A stretch of DNA of 64,000 nt from Spongospora subterranea f. sp. subterranea. Taxonomy: Eukaryota. Shown here one piece after another: positions 49,691-60,836 of the stretch. Within the stretch, counting starts at the first letter, position 1, and every line of letters starts with the position of its first letter. The translations under genes and the position numbers were made by a program. The stretch covers positions 1 to 64,000 of the forward strand of contig JAUGWO010000082.1 of assembly GCA_049724395.1 (NCBI GenBank), written 5' to 3'. Below the pieces are notes generated by a model. It was not told the DNA's origin and did no database searches. It saw only the letters and a list, made by a program, of their open reading frames with translations.

Positions 49691-50955
49691 GCATTTGGAC
49701 AAACCTTGTACGTCTCAGTCAACTGGGAACCTGTATATACAATTGTGTATATATGATGACTGCAAATGTATAATGAACAACACTGCAGCATATTTGCGTT
49801 TTCGATCTGGTTACCTCGTCGATTGTTTGTTTTCAATGGTTCCCGAAGAGACTCATCACTATGGAGAACTTATTCCGTTGTCGGACCTTGAGCAGGTCAA
49901 ATTTCCAATCGAGTACCGAAAGGCTTCCAGTACAAATTTGAGAGGTTTACTCTGTTTTGTCCATCTACGATTCCGAATTTCGCGTTAATATCGGCTGCGA
50001 AACTGAAACAATTGCATGATTTGATAACCACATGAAATCGCCATTTTGCGCTCCGACTTCCTGCTCGTTGAATTTGGCGAATAAGTATTTGACCTGTCTT
50101 TCAGTAGGACAAACCGAAGAAATAGCTATATTGATTCAATACCGCGGTCGCCGAATTTGAGAATACCCTCAATGAACTGATTACGAATTGCTTGACGATA
50201 CGATTTATACGCTTCAGCGACTCCTGATCCATGTTTGAACGTCTGATGGAACTCTGTCTCAACGACTTCAAATACATTGTTATGTGATAAAGATCGTGCA
50301 GAAAAATGAAAACGGTTATGGTTGTAATACAATCGCACGAATGATTGGAAATGATCAAGAAGTTGATACGTCCTCCTAGTCTTTAACGTAAGTTTTCGTA
50401 TTGCCAATTGTATGTGCATCTTGCAATCAAAACTCTTCGTTGCTGTCCATGGTTATTTGAGCGAAGTTCTGGGTCTGCAGCATACGAATACCCATGTTGG
50501 CAAATGAAACCTTGCTTGAAAGAATACGTTCTAGTATTGGTCGACTTTCGTTTGTTTGGGTCAAGTTTCATTGATAACCAGTTGCAACCCTTGACTTTAT
50601 CAAATCATGCAATTGTCTCGGTTTCGCAGCCGATATTAAAGCGAAATTCGGTGCCAAATTTAATCGTAGATGGACAAAACAGAGTAAATCTCTCAAATTT
50701 GTACTGGAAGCCTTCCGGTAACTCGATTGGAAATTTGAACTGCTCAAGGTCCGACAACGGAATACGTTCTCCATAGTGATGAGTCTCTTCGGGAACCATT
50801 GAAAACAAACAATCGACGAGGTAACCAGATCGAAAACGCAAATATGCTGCAGTGTTGTTCATTATACACTTGCAGTCATCATATATACACAAGTGTATAT
50901 ACAGGTTCCCAGTTGCCCAAGACGTACAAGGTTTGTCCAAATGCGTCCGGCACTG
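49689..50955. mobile_element. Foldback-type DNA element with ~340-bp TIRs (~49689-50027 and ~50573-50955) and a decayed transposase-like core
   Basis: ORFs 49545(+) and 50605(-) share THLDKPCTS...DCKCIMNNTAAYLRFRSGYLVDCLFSMVPEETHHYGE, i.e. inverted arms. Right end CACTG|TA. The core encodes CQHG...RLYYNHN...FKHGSG on the minus strand. Confidence 0.8.
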
Positions 50956-50989
50956 TACCATAGAGCAGCACCCTCTATAACTACCCTGC

Positions 50990-52038
50990 CAAATCAGAAG
51001 CACGAGCTAAATGGACGGTGGAAAAGCAACAACGTCTAATGGAGCTAATGAGTGATGAGGCGAGTTGGATTTTTAAATTTTCAACACTATCTCATTGGGT
51101 GCAGGTTGTCAAGGGTGGAAAATCGGAACACGGGTACAAGAAGCAATCATGGCATGCTGTTACCTTGGCATTCAATAAGGAATTCGCCACTGTTTATGAA
51201 TCCCGTCAATTGAAATCACAACTGAACGAGGTATGCACAGGACGCTATGATCATAGTCTGGAATCGTTCCCATTAATTGACAGCTCAAAAGCAATTGGTA
51301 ACTGCTGAAACAGTTGAGGAATAAGAGCGGGTTTGGATGGGACGAACAGCGTCAACTTCCAACTGCACCTGATCAAACGTGGGACGAGCTGATTGAGGTC
51401 GATTGATTCTGATCCTGCTATATATTAATTGTAATACGATGGTGATTGTGTTTCAAACCCAAATATGCGATTTTTAGGGAAAATCCATGGGTTTTGTTTT
51501 CATCTGCCGACATTTTATTTGAGGGGACTGCTGCCCTAGGCGAGTTCGCCATCGAATCAAATGTCGATGTGATCCCAGTATCAGAGGGGTTTTTTCCGTA
51601 CCCTCCTCGTTCCAGCCTCTCGGTTATAGCTGACTCGATATGCGAGGATGATTATCAGTCCTCAAGCAGCTCTGATCACGACAAAGCGCCCAAGCGTAGG
51701 AAAAGTGGTGCCAGACCACGTTCGAACGAGTTCACTCCCAACGAAACAGTCCAGCGTGGGCAATCGCAGACGCGTTGGCGAAGTTTGCTGAATCCCGTGC
51801 TCCCATGCCAGCTAGCAAACCCACTCCGTCACTGGAGCGCGCCATTCAAGTATTGGAGCTGGACTACGCTGATCTCTTCACCGATGAAGAGCTGACCAGT
51901 GCGTACGAGGTGATGGAAAATGAAGTAAAGGCATCAAACTTCAGTTTAATGCGAAAAGGTGCTGCCAGGGATATCTGGCTTCGCAAACAGGTTACGCTAT
52001 TGTCGTCGCAACACGAATCTCAGTTTATGCCATATTAA
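50990..52038 (+). pseudogene. Harbinger Myb/SANT-like gene (Myb_DNA-bind_3 type) with introns and an in-frame stop
   Basis: RAKWTVEKQQRLMELM; GYKKQSWHAVTLAFN; QLKSQLNE; KSGFGWDEQRQLPTAPDQTWDELI; LFEGTAALGEFA. Confidence 0.85.
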
Positions 52039-52339
52039 AAGTTGTTTTTCGGTCTAAGAGTCAAATAGTCAGACCACATCAAGTCTGTCGGTGACAGAAT
52101 CGTCACCGCAATCGGTGTCTTCATGATGCAGGGAAGAACCAGACATTTTTATGTATACCGTATCCCCGAACTCTGCAGACTTGATGTGGTCTGACTATTT
52201 GACTCTTAGATCGAAAAACAACTTTTAATATGGCATAAACTGAGATTCGTGTGTCGGTGACAGAATCGTCACCGCAATCGGTGTCTTCATGATGCAGGGA
52301 AGAACCAGACATTTTTATGTATACCGTATCCCCGAACTC
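52011..52339. repeat. A-B-inverted A-B rearrangement
   Basis: A 52011-52087, inverted copy 52176-52252 (1 mismatch); B 52086-52173, direct copy 52252-52339. Confidence 0.92.
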
Positions 52340-53519
52340 CCTTCGCGGAATTTTTCAATTTGCCACCGGAATATTTAGGTCGAAGCTAAAAATTCTATTT
52401 TGCAAAATTACCGTGGATTTTGCAAAAATCAATTTTGCAAAATATGCTCCCAAACGCGCCGCGCAAATTTCATTTTGTAAAATCGCCAATTTTGCAAAAT
52501 ATTCGTGGAATTTTGCAATATTTGGTGACATCCAAACGGGCTCTTAAATTTCGCTTTAAACAATTGGATTTAACCTTAAATATTGGGTTCTCCACATCCT
52601 TATAAAATGTGCTCTTAATCTTATGTTGCCGTTCTCTTTTTTAGGGTCTATCGTTTTTGTCCGATATACCCACTCGTTGCCCCTGTAATGCGATAAATAT
52701 AACCAATTCTTCCCCTTTCGATTTTGTGAATTCCTGCCCTTTCGATTTTGTAAATTCCTGCCCTTTCAATTATGCTTCCGCAAAATGGAAATTATTTTCC
52801 CCTCGAATTTTTTTTAAATTAATGTTGATATACTCAAATTTGCATGCTCGCGAAAGCATCGTATCAACCTCTTCGCGATATATCAAATCTCTTCCACCCC
52901 GATTTAAATGGGCGCTTCACTGTATCCCAGGTCATCAAGGATTCAGTTTTAATGAAAATCAAATGATTTGCCTTGCGCTTTATACACTGTGATCCCGTGT
53001 GTCATTTCAAAATTCCCACAAAATTATTTGTTCTATTCGTATCGAACGTTAATTTTCCCTCCTCGAACCTTCATAACTTCAAAAATTGCGCCGTTAAAAT
53101 ATCCCGTGTTTTCGATCATCGTTCTTAGACGCGATAACTTTACTGCACTATTCGAGGCTCGCTCGGCGGAGCTCGGCTACGGGGAGGGCTGTCCGGCCGG
53201 ACTTTCCAGCAACTGGTTTAGTGTTATTTCTAACACGTCGATCGCCGTAATCAAATCATTAAAATTACCTTGCTTTCTGACGCAATTAACCGTTTCATCA
53301 ATCTTGTATTTTTGATCCTATTACTTTCTTTGGGATGCTAATTTCTGAAATGGTCATTGTATAATTATTCGTTAAAACCAAATTTTATTGAAAATGTGTA
53401 AAATTTATTTCAAATTTCTTGGGATTATTCATTTAGATTTTAATGTGGTATTGAGTTGTTACCTACTTTATCCTAATGGGTGTGATAGGTGGGGAATTGG
53501 GTGGGTTGTTTAATCTTTT

Positions 53520-53701
53520 CGAAAATAAAGAAGAACAAATTCATTTCTGAGAGCGCTCATACGGATATTCGTCTCGCTCGATTCGCCTTCCAAGAAATGC
53601 CAGCATTGAAAAAATTGGGGCCTTATACAATAACGGGATTGACCATTGGAATACCCAAAACAGACCCAAAAGCGGCCTTAAATTTTATCCAGATAAAGTA
53701 A
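53520..53701 (+). pseudogene. 5'-truncated HSP20 pseudogene
   Basis: HFSERSYGYSSRSIRLPRNAS and PKTDPKAALNFIQIK with indels, followed by the array's 3' spacer. Confidence 0.85.
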
Positions 53702-54234
53702 AAAATAAAATAAAAACTGAATATTCTGTTCGGCTTGTAACGAATGATATTCAGAATTCAGGTCTTAGACGCGACACATTCCGCATTCTCAACAAGTGTA
53801 TGACAAAACGACCAACTGTAAATTTAAAAGCGGTCCTGCAACTGCGCTTTGAGAACCGCAACCCCCAGTTATCAATTGAAGCTCCTGTTTATTCGAATAG
53901 AACTGGATCGTTTTTTGTGCCAATCAGAGAAACAATTTAAGTACAATCGGTTGTTGTGACATAAACAGCAAAATTAATGAGGTCAGTTTTATCATAAACG
54001 ATTATCAGTTTGAAAACTATATTCACCTAACATGCGACTGTAGGAGTATCAAAATGGCAGGAAGAACAGTTGCGAGTTGCGACAACCAATATGATGAAAT
54101 CGCCATAAGTGTATGAATCACCACTGGGGGAACATTCTATCCCAATGAATAGCCATAGCAGATGCAAGACGTCACGAATGGCGTATGCCGCCACTTGCCT
54201 GACAATACAAGGCGTGCGGTCGACTGAACTGGTG

Positions 54235-54331
54235 GAATATTCCTTTAGGCATAAGTGGTACTGTCTCTGTACGGAATGTTGTTCGACTGGGGTCAAGGAA
54301 TATTCCACGATCTGAGTACCGACTATATAAG
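54235..54331 (+). promoter_or_regulatory. HSP20 promoter: heat-shock elements and TATA box
   Basis: GAATATTC (GAAnnTTC) at 54235 and 54298; TATATAA at 54324. Confidence 0.75.
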
Positions 54332-54413
54332 GGAGAGAGACTGAAGTAACATATTCATTACAATAACAAACTAGCAATCAACACATCGTTTTCAGACCAT
54401 CACTAGCAACATC

Positions 54414-54824
54414 ATGAGCCTATCACTATTCGACTTCCATCGCGATTTAGATCGTCAATTATTCGGCGGTGGACAAATGAAATCTGGTCCAACACCTCAG
54501 ATGAAAATGGAGTTGAGAGAATATGACAAGAACTTCCAAGTCTCTGTTGAGGTTCCGGGAATTCCTAAAGAAGAGATCAAGCTGAGCGTCGATGGTGGCG
54601 TCCTAACTGTATCAGCAGAACACAAAGAGCAACGGTCTGGTGAGAACAAAGAAGAACACATTCATTTTTCCGAGCGCTCATACGGATATTCGTCTCGCTC
54701 GATTCGCCTTCCAAGGAATGCCAGCACTGAAAAAATTGGGGCCGAATACAAGAACGGGGTATTGACCATTGAAATACCCAAAACAGACCCAAAAGCGGCC
54801 TCAAATCTTATCCAGATAAAGTAA
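54414..54824 (+). CDS. HSP20: Small heat-shock protein (alpha-crystallin domain), 136 aa, intronless
   Basis: EVPGIPKEEIKLSVDGGVLTVSAE; ERSYG; AEYKNGVLTIEIPK. Confidence 0.95.
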   Translation: MSLSLFDFHRDLDRQLFGGGQMKSGPTPQMKMELREYDKNFQVSVEVPGIPKEEIKLSVDGGVLTVSAEHKEQRSGENKEEHIHFSERSYGYSSRSIRLPRNASTEKIGAEYKNGVLTIEIPKTDPKAASNLIQIK

Positions 54825-55359
54825 AACAATAAAAAATCCTTGTTTATAGATTTGGAAATGAACATTCTGTTCGGCGTGTAAAGAATGATGTTAAGCAATC
54901 AGGTTTCGGATACGGCACATTCCGCATTCTCAACAAGTGTATAACAAAACGACCAACTGTAAAACGGTCCTTCAACATGGGCTTTGTTTGGACAGCAACC
55001 TCCAGTTATCAATTGAAGCTCCTGTTTATTCGAATAGAACTAGATCTTCAAAGATTAGTGCCAACCAGAGAAACGGTTCAAGTACAAATGGCTGTTGAGG
55101 CATACAACAAAACCAAAGAGGTCAGCTTTATTTATCATAAACGATTACCTATCAGTTTCAAAAACAATATTTACCTTACACGCGACTGTAGGAGTATCTA
55201 AATTCGCAGGGAGATCATTTGCGAAAAATCCTGATATCGCCATCAGTACATGAATCATCACTGGGGGACATTCTGTCCCAAACTCAATTGATGGATCAGA
55301 AATTACTGATGGACCGTCGGAACTGTGCGCAATGGGCGGTGCGGTTGACTGCACTGGCG

Positions 55360-55463
55360 GAATATTCTTCAGTAACGAGTGGTACCACATTACAGTCTAT
55401 TTACGGAATGTTGTTCGACTGGGGTCAAGGAATATTCCACGATCTGAGTACCGACTATATAAG
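55360..55463 (+). promoter_or_regulatory. HSP20 promoter: heat-shock elements and TATA box
   Basis: GAATATTC at 55360 and 55430; TATATAA at 55456. Confidence 0.75.
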
Positions 55464-55545
55464 GGAGAGAGACTGAACCAATATATTCATTACAATAACA
55501 AACTAGCAATCAACACATCTTTTTCAGACCATCACCAGCAACATC

Positions 55546-55956
55546 ATGAGCCTATCACTATTCGACTTCCATCGCGATTTAGATCGTCAACTATTCGGCG
55601 GTGGACAAATGAAATCGGGTTCAACACCTCAGATGAAAATGGAGTTAAGAGAACAGGACAAGAACTATCAAGTCTCTGTTGAGGTTCCAGGAATTCCCAA
55701 AGAAGAGATCAAGCTGAGCGTTGACGGCGGCGTTTTAACTGTTTCAGCAGAACACAAAGAGCAACGGTCTGGTGAAAACAAAGAAGAACAAATTCACTTT
55801 TCAGAGCGCTCATATGGATATTCGTCTCGCTCGATTCGCCTTCCAAGAAATGTCAGCACTGAAAAGATTGGGGCAGAATACAAGAACGGAGTATTGACCA
55901 TTGAAATACCCAAAACAGACCCAAAAGCGGCTTCAAATTTTATCCAGATAAAGTAA
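55546..55956 (+). CDS. HSP20: Small heat-shock protein, copy 2
   Basis: Near-identical 136-aa paralog. Confidence 0.95.
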   Translation: MSLSLFDFHRDLDRQLFGGGQMKSGSTPQMKMELREQDKNYQVSVEVPGIPKEEIKLSVDGGVLTVSAEHKEQRSGENKEEQIHFSERSYGYSSRSIRLPRNVSTEKIGAEYKNGVLTIEIPKTDPKAASNFIQIK

Positions 55957-56462
55957 AACAATAAAAATCCTTGTTTATAGATTTGAAATGAATGCTCTGT
56001 TCGGCGTGTAAAGAATGATGTTGAAAGTTCAGGTCTCGGATACGGCACATTCCGCATTCTCAACAAGTGTATGACAAAAATAACTGTAAACTTGAAAACG
56101 GTCCTTCAACATGCGGCTTTGAGACCACAACCTCCAGTTATGAACTGAAGCTCCTGTTTATTCGAATAGAACTAGATCTTCAAAGTGCCAACCAGAGAAA
56201 CGGTTTAACACGTGGCTGTTGAGGCAAACAACAGAACTAATGAGGTCAGCGTTATCATCAAGGATTATCAGTTTGAAAACAATAGTGACCTACACGCGAC
56301 TGTAGGAGTATCTAATTCGCAGGAAGATCATTTGCGACAAATCCTGATATCGCCATCAGTGCATGAAACATGCTATCTTAAACTCAATTAATGGATCAGA
56401 AATTACTGATGGACCATCAGAACTGTGCCCGCAATTGGGTGGTGCGGTTGACTGCACTGACG

Positions 56463-56566
56463 GAATATTCTTCCGTCACTAGTGGTACCACATTACAGTC
56501 TATTTACGGAATGTTGTTCGACTGGGGTCAAGGAATATTCCACGATCTGAGTACCGACTATATAAG
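56463..56566 (+). promoter_or_regulatory. HSP20 promoter: heat-shock elements and TATA box
   Basis: GAATATTC at 56463 and 56533; TATATAA at 56559. Confidence 0.75.
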
Positions 56567-56648
56567 GGAGAGAGACTGAACCAATATATTCATTATAATA
56601 ACAAACTAGCAATCAACACATCGTTTTCAGACCATCACTAGCAACATC

Positions 56649-57059
56649 ATGAGCCTATCACTATTCGACTTCCATCGCGATTTAGATCGTCAACTATTCG
56701 GCGGTGGACAAATGAAATCTGGTCCAACACCTCAGATGAAAATGGAGTTGAGAGAATATGACAAGAACTACCAAGTCTCTGTTGAGGTTCCAGGAATTCC
56801 CAAAGAAGAGATCAAGCTGAGCATCGATGGTGGCGTCCTAACTGTTTCAGCAGAACACAAAGAGCAACGGTCTGGTGAAAACAAAGAAGAACAAGTTCAT
56901 TTTTCAGAGCGATCATACGGATATTTATCTCGCTCGATTCGCCTTCCAAGAAATGTTAGCACTGAAAAGATTGGGGCCGAATACAAGAACGGGGTATTGA
57001 CCATTGAAATACCCAAAACAGATCCAAAAGCAGCCTCAAACTTTATCCAGATAAACTAA
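56649..57059 (+). CDS. HSP20: Small heat-shock protein, copy 3
   Basis: Near-identical 136-aa paralog. Confidence 0.95.
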   Translation: MSLSLFDFHRDLDRQLFGGGQMKSGPTPQMKMELREYDKNYQVSVEVPGIPKEEIKLSIDGGVLTVSAEHKEQRSGENKEEQVHFSERSYGYLSRSIRLPRNVSTEKIGAEYKNGVLTIEIPKTDPKAASNFIQIN

Positions 57060-57462
57060 AACAATAAAACAAATGTTCCTTTTTATAGATTTGATTACCC
57101 ACTAATGAAGACATTGTTCGGCGATCAATATGAACTATATTATATTGGAGTCCCGGATACGGCCCAATCAGCACTTTCTTTTGAGAATTTCTCTGCGACA
57201 GACGCTGTGTTGACCTGCGAATACCGTAAACGCTGATGGATCAGCGAGATGGGCGGCGACTGATCGATTTGCAGAGTTTTGTCAGATACAGGCACTGGTG
57301 GAATAATCGTCTGTGAACGCTGGCATCACAATCTATTTATGGAATGTTTCTCACTGCGGATGAGGAATATTCCAAGAACCAAGTACCAATTACATAAGGC
57401 TGAGCGACTCCATAGAAACAACAAGCAATCAACACATCATTCAGACCATCTCTAGCAACATC

Positions 57463-57864
57463 ATGAGCCTATCACGATTCGACTTCCATCGCGATGTAGA
57501 TCGTCAACTCTTCGGCGGTAGACAAATGGGATGTGGTCCAACACCTCAGATGAACATGGAGTTGAGAGAATATGAAGGAATTGCCAAGTCTCTGTTGAGG
57601 TTCCGGGAATTCCCAAAGAAGAGATCAAGCTGAGCGTCGACGCCTAACTGTTTCAGCAGAACACAAAGAGCAACGGTCTGGTGAAAACAAAGAGCACATT
57701 CATTTCTCAGAGTGCTCATCAGTTATTCATCCCGCTTAATCCGTCTTCCAAAAAAAAGTCAGCGCTGCAAAAATCGGTGTACCGAATACAGAGAACGCGG
57801 TATTAACCATTGAAATACCCAAATTAGTTTTAACACGGCCTCCAATTTTATCCAGATCAAGTAG
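57463..57864 (+). pseudogene. Full-length frameshifted HSP20 pseudogene
   Basis: atgagcctatcacgattcgacttccatcgc...; indels near 57575, 57640 and 57780; TATA mutated to TACATAA. Confidence 0.9.
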
Positions 57865-59152
57865 AACACAAGGAAATCTCGATATCACATATCAATTGTG
57901 AAAACTTGAAACATAACTTCTATATAATTTTTCGAAAAAAACAGTCTATAGTTTGAAGTCCTCTAAACAGCCACGTTGGGATTGGCTGCCCTCGATGGTT
58001 ACAGTTCATGAGCGACCAACGAATCATATTTTGACAACTCGATTAATAGGGCAGAATAGATGTTTACCGTCAGGGCGTTGTTTCTTCTGATATGTTTTGA
58101 TATTACGGAAATCATGGTCAGGGGCGCATTATTCATCTGCTTTCGAATCGTATAACGATAAGAATTTCAGGTTCGTGAGCAATTCACGTTGACGATATTG
58201 AGATTGCAGCGATTCATGTCTGATAATAACTGGCGAACGCGTTCTACTTCATTTGTGCGGCTGATGACAATAATTCCAAGTTGATGTGTTTTTTTTACAA
58301 GGGCTTCAACATCATTGACGTCGCCATAAGCACAAAGTTGCTGCCAAAGGAGACATCGTTTCGTCTTGCAAAGACAAACATCATTACTTGATTTGACAAA
58401 ACCCTACCCAAGTTTATTAGACTCACAAAAAGTGTGGATATCGTGGCCGACATAATCAACCCACTGATTTGTTCTTCTCTACGATATGACAAGCAGGCAT
58501 GCAAATATTACATCAGAATAGGAAAGCGCCATCGTACGACGAAGCTATTCTTCTATAAATTTGAATTTAAAATCGATTAAACTCGCGACGTAAAAAAATA
58601 CTCGGGACTCAGTTCTGCAGCAAGAGACTGCTAATGTGTAGCATCATTTCATCAGCACAACACGAATGTCCTAGCCGTTTTAACGGCTGGGACACATTGT
58701 CAGAATCACTGGAATCCACTTACTTCAGCTTGGACAGAACGGAAAGGATGAAGCATGGGGTGTTGCACTTTACCACTAACTATAACGCCGTAGACGGCAA
58801 CGAAAACCCTCAAACCTCGACGAGTTTCATGAGGCAGAGCTGAGAGAGCTTCTTTTGACGATGGTTGCCTGCTTACGAAATACCTTCACGTGAAGCGGCG
58901 AATTACACTGATAACAATGAACCAGAATTGAACGAAGAAATCTTCAAGAAATAATCATGATTCACCAGGCAATGCAACTTGATAGAGATGTTGCACAATT
59001 CCGCCAAATCGCAGTAACTTGCTTCGTCGTTGAAAGCATGCTCAATTGCTGAGTTGGAGGTCGTTGGCCTTATAGGAGTGTTTCGTCTACGAACATTGAA
59101 ACAGTTGCTGAGTGCATGCTAAAATAATGAACTGTAATACGATAAAATAAAC

Positions 59153-60242
59153 CTATGTAGGTGGCGACACTTCTTTCTTGGCAACCTGAAGTTTACCGAT
59201 AGAAGAAAACTCAGTCATTGCTTGCCCGCTACCAACAACACCGACTCGACCGTCAACCGTGTCGGGACTTCTGAACATACTTTCTTTTTTAATTCCAAGC
59301 TTCTGTTTCTTGATGGCCGCTGAGTGAAAGGTTTGCCAAGTACTTTTCTTCCCCACCCGTTCGTCCTCCAGTTTTTTAAACCTATGAGTACTTTTAATTG
59401 CTTTGATTCGAGACCGTTTAGCTTTCTTTTGTGCTTCTGTATCGCTTGGCAGAATTTTCAATGCATCAGGAATTAGAGGTTTATCAAGCGACTCGTTGCT
59501 CGTCGCAGCATCTGATGCGCCCCGTTTTTTAGAAGCTGCTGTGAGTTTGATATTGTCAACAGATACCTACCATTTTATCAGGCAATTAACCCAAGAATAC
59601 AAAACAAAAGGTACCTGTCCAGAATGGCTATAATCGGTAAACATAACCGTTATCAAACCAGTATCGTCGATTGATTCTATTACGGCGTTATAAAACAGGC
59701 CGTCAGCCTCGTAAATTGCTCGAACTTTCATCTCTACCTCTAAATCACTTATGGTCACCTAAACATAATTCTAAGAATTGTCAATAACTTGGCAAAATCG
59801 GAAAACCTGTTTTTCTGGGCGCAGCGCCTTCGAGCTCAGTCCTGATTCTGTATTTCCATAATCAAGAAAAATTACGTCGTATTTGTTGTTTTCGCTCAAC
59901 GTGATCCTGGCACTATACCATTGCTGGTCCTGACTCCATCGTGCTGAACAGCGATCTCCAATTTTCCATGAATACGACGTCTAAAAACCCGCATTTAATA
60001 TCGAATTTAACCTGAAATGACAAATATATTACTCTATTTTGGGCCTGAGATATTGCCTGCTCCTGTTTTGTTCTAAGCGCCAAGAGATTCTTGGTCATCT
60101 CGATCACAGTAAGCAAATCCTCTCTCAGCTTCAAAAGGGTTTCATCTCCAGACTTAGTAAGCAGTAATGAATCCACAGAAACCAGACTTTGCCTATGCTC
60201 GGCGAGCTTGGCGGCCAGCTCCTCGACCGACTGCTGCGACAT
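59153..60242 (-). CDS. SMNDC1: Survival-of-motor-neuron-related splicing factor 30 (SPF30/SMNDC1), 4 exons
   Basis: N-terminal L..V..LL....D..LLKLREDLLTVIEMT; Tudor WKIGDRCSARWSQDQQWYSARI..VIFLDYGNTE; C-terminal WQTF..KKESMFRSPDTVDGRVGVVGSGQAMTEF. Confidence 0.88.
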
Positions 60243-60836
60243 TGCTGGTTAATCGATAATGGGGTGTGTACAGTATATTGAGAGCCGGTGAGTGAACGAC
60301 ACCCCGTGGCCGTAGACCAATAATCTCCGCAGAACACTCTCACTCTCCCCACCCAGATCAAGACAATATTGCCACAATGACTGACTGCTGTGCTGGTGGT
60401 ACCTACTACTGTACAGTGGTAGATACAGATAGGTGTGGTGGAGAAGGCCGCGTAGATCACCGATACACTGGCGGTAACGGGGCGATGGCTGCATTTGACC
60501 GGCCGTACATTGACCGGGTCATCGTGACCGGCCACACATTGATTGATTTGAACTACAAAACAACATTCGATAATGTCGTTTTTGTTTGCAAAGACATGAC
60601 AAATAAATTTACAAACGACTAGAAAGCGAATTTTTGTAGTTTATTTTTCTTTGATATGTCGTCTTTTGAAACCTGGCGTCGACGTGGAGATGTTGTTATT
60701 GAGTGAAATCCGGTCAGATGCTGTGGAATCCTGTCAGAGAATCGGTGTCCGTGACGGAGTTTGGGTCACGGTAGTCGTTTTTTTTTCATGATAATTTGAT
60801 ATCAAAAGAGGCCATAGTCGGGGACGTGCGACCGAC

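Larger units (their letters stand above)
48447..52543. mobile_element. Non-autonomous PIF/Harbinger element with TIRs and TTA TSD, carrying nested insertions
   Basis: TTA|GGGCCCGTTTGGATGCCAC ... GTGACATCCAAACGGGCTC|TTA; subterminal ttttgcaaaa repeats at both ends. Confidence 0.92.

Noticed and set aside
48596..50955. Fanzor/TnpB cargo in the Tc1/IS630-like elements
   Set aside because: No RuvC motifs (e.g. DPG, zinc finger followed by RD.N) found in the listed ORFs or in the frames I read by eye.
52550..53480. AT-rich segment with 21-bp repeats (52710-52770) and a GC-rich patch (~53155-53200), possibly a Helitron end
   Set aside because: No convincing hairpin-plus-CTRR terminus or Rep/helicase motif.
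58295..59120. Possible small spliced gene on the minus strand
   Set aside because: Splice-like signals are present but I could not build a consistent reading frame or recognise a domain.
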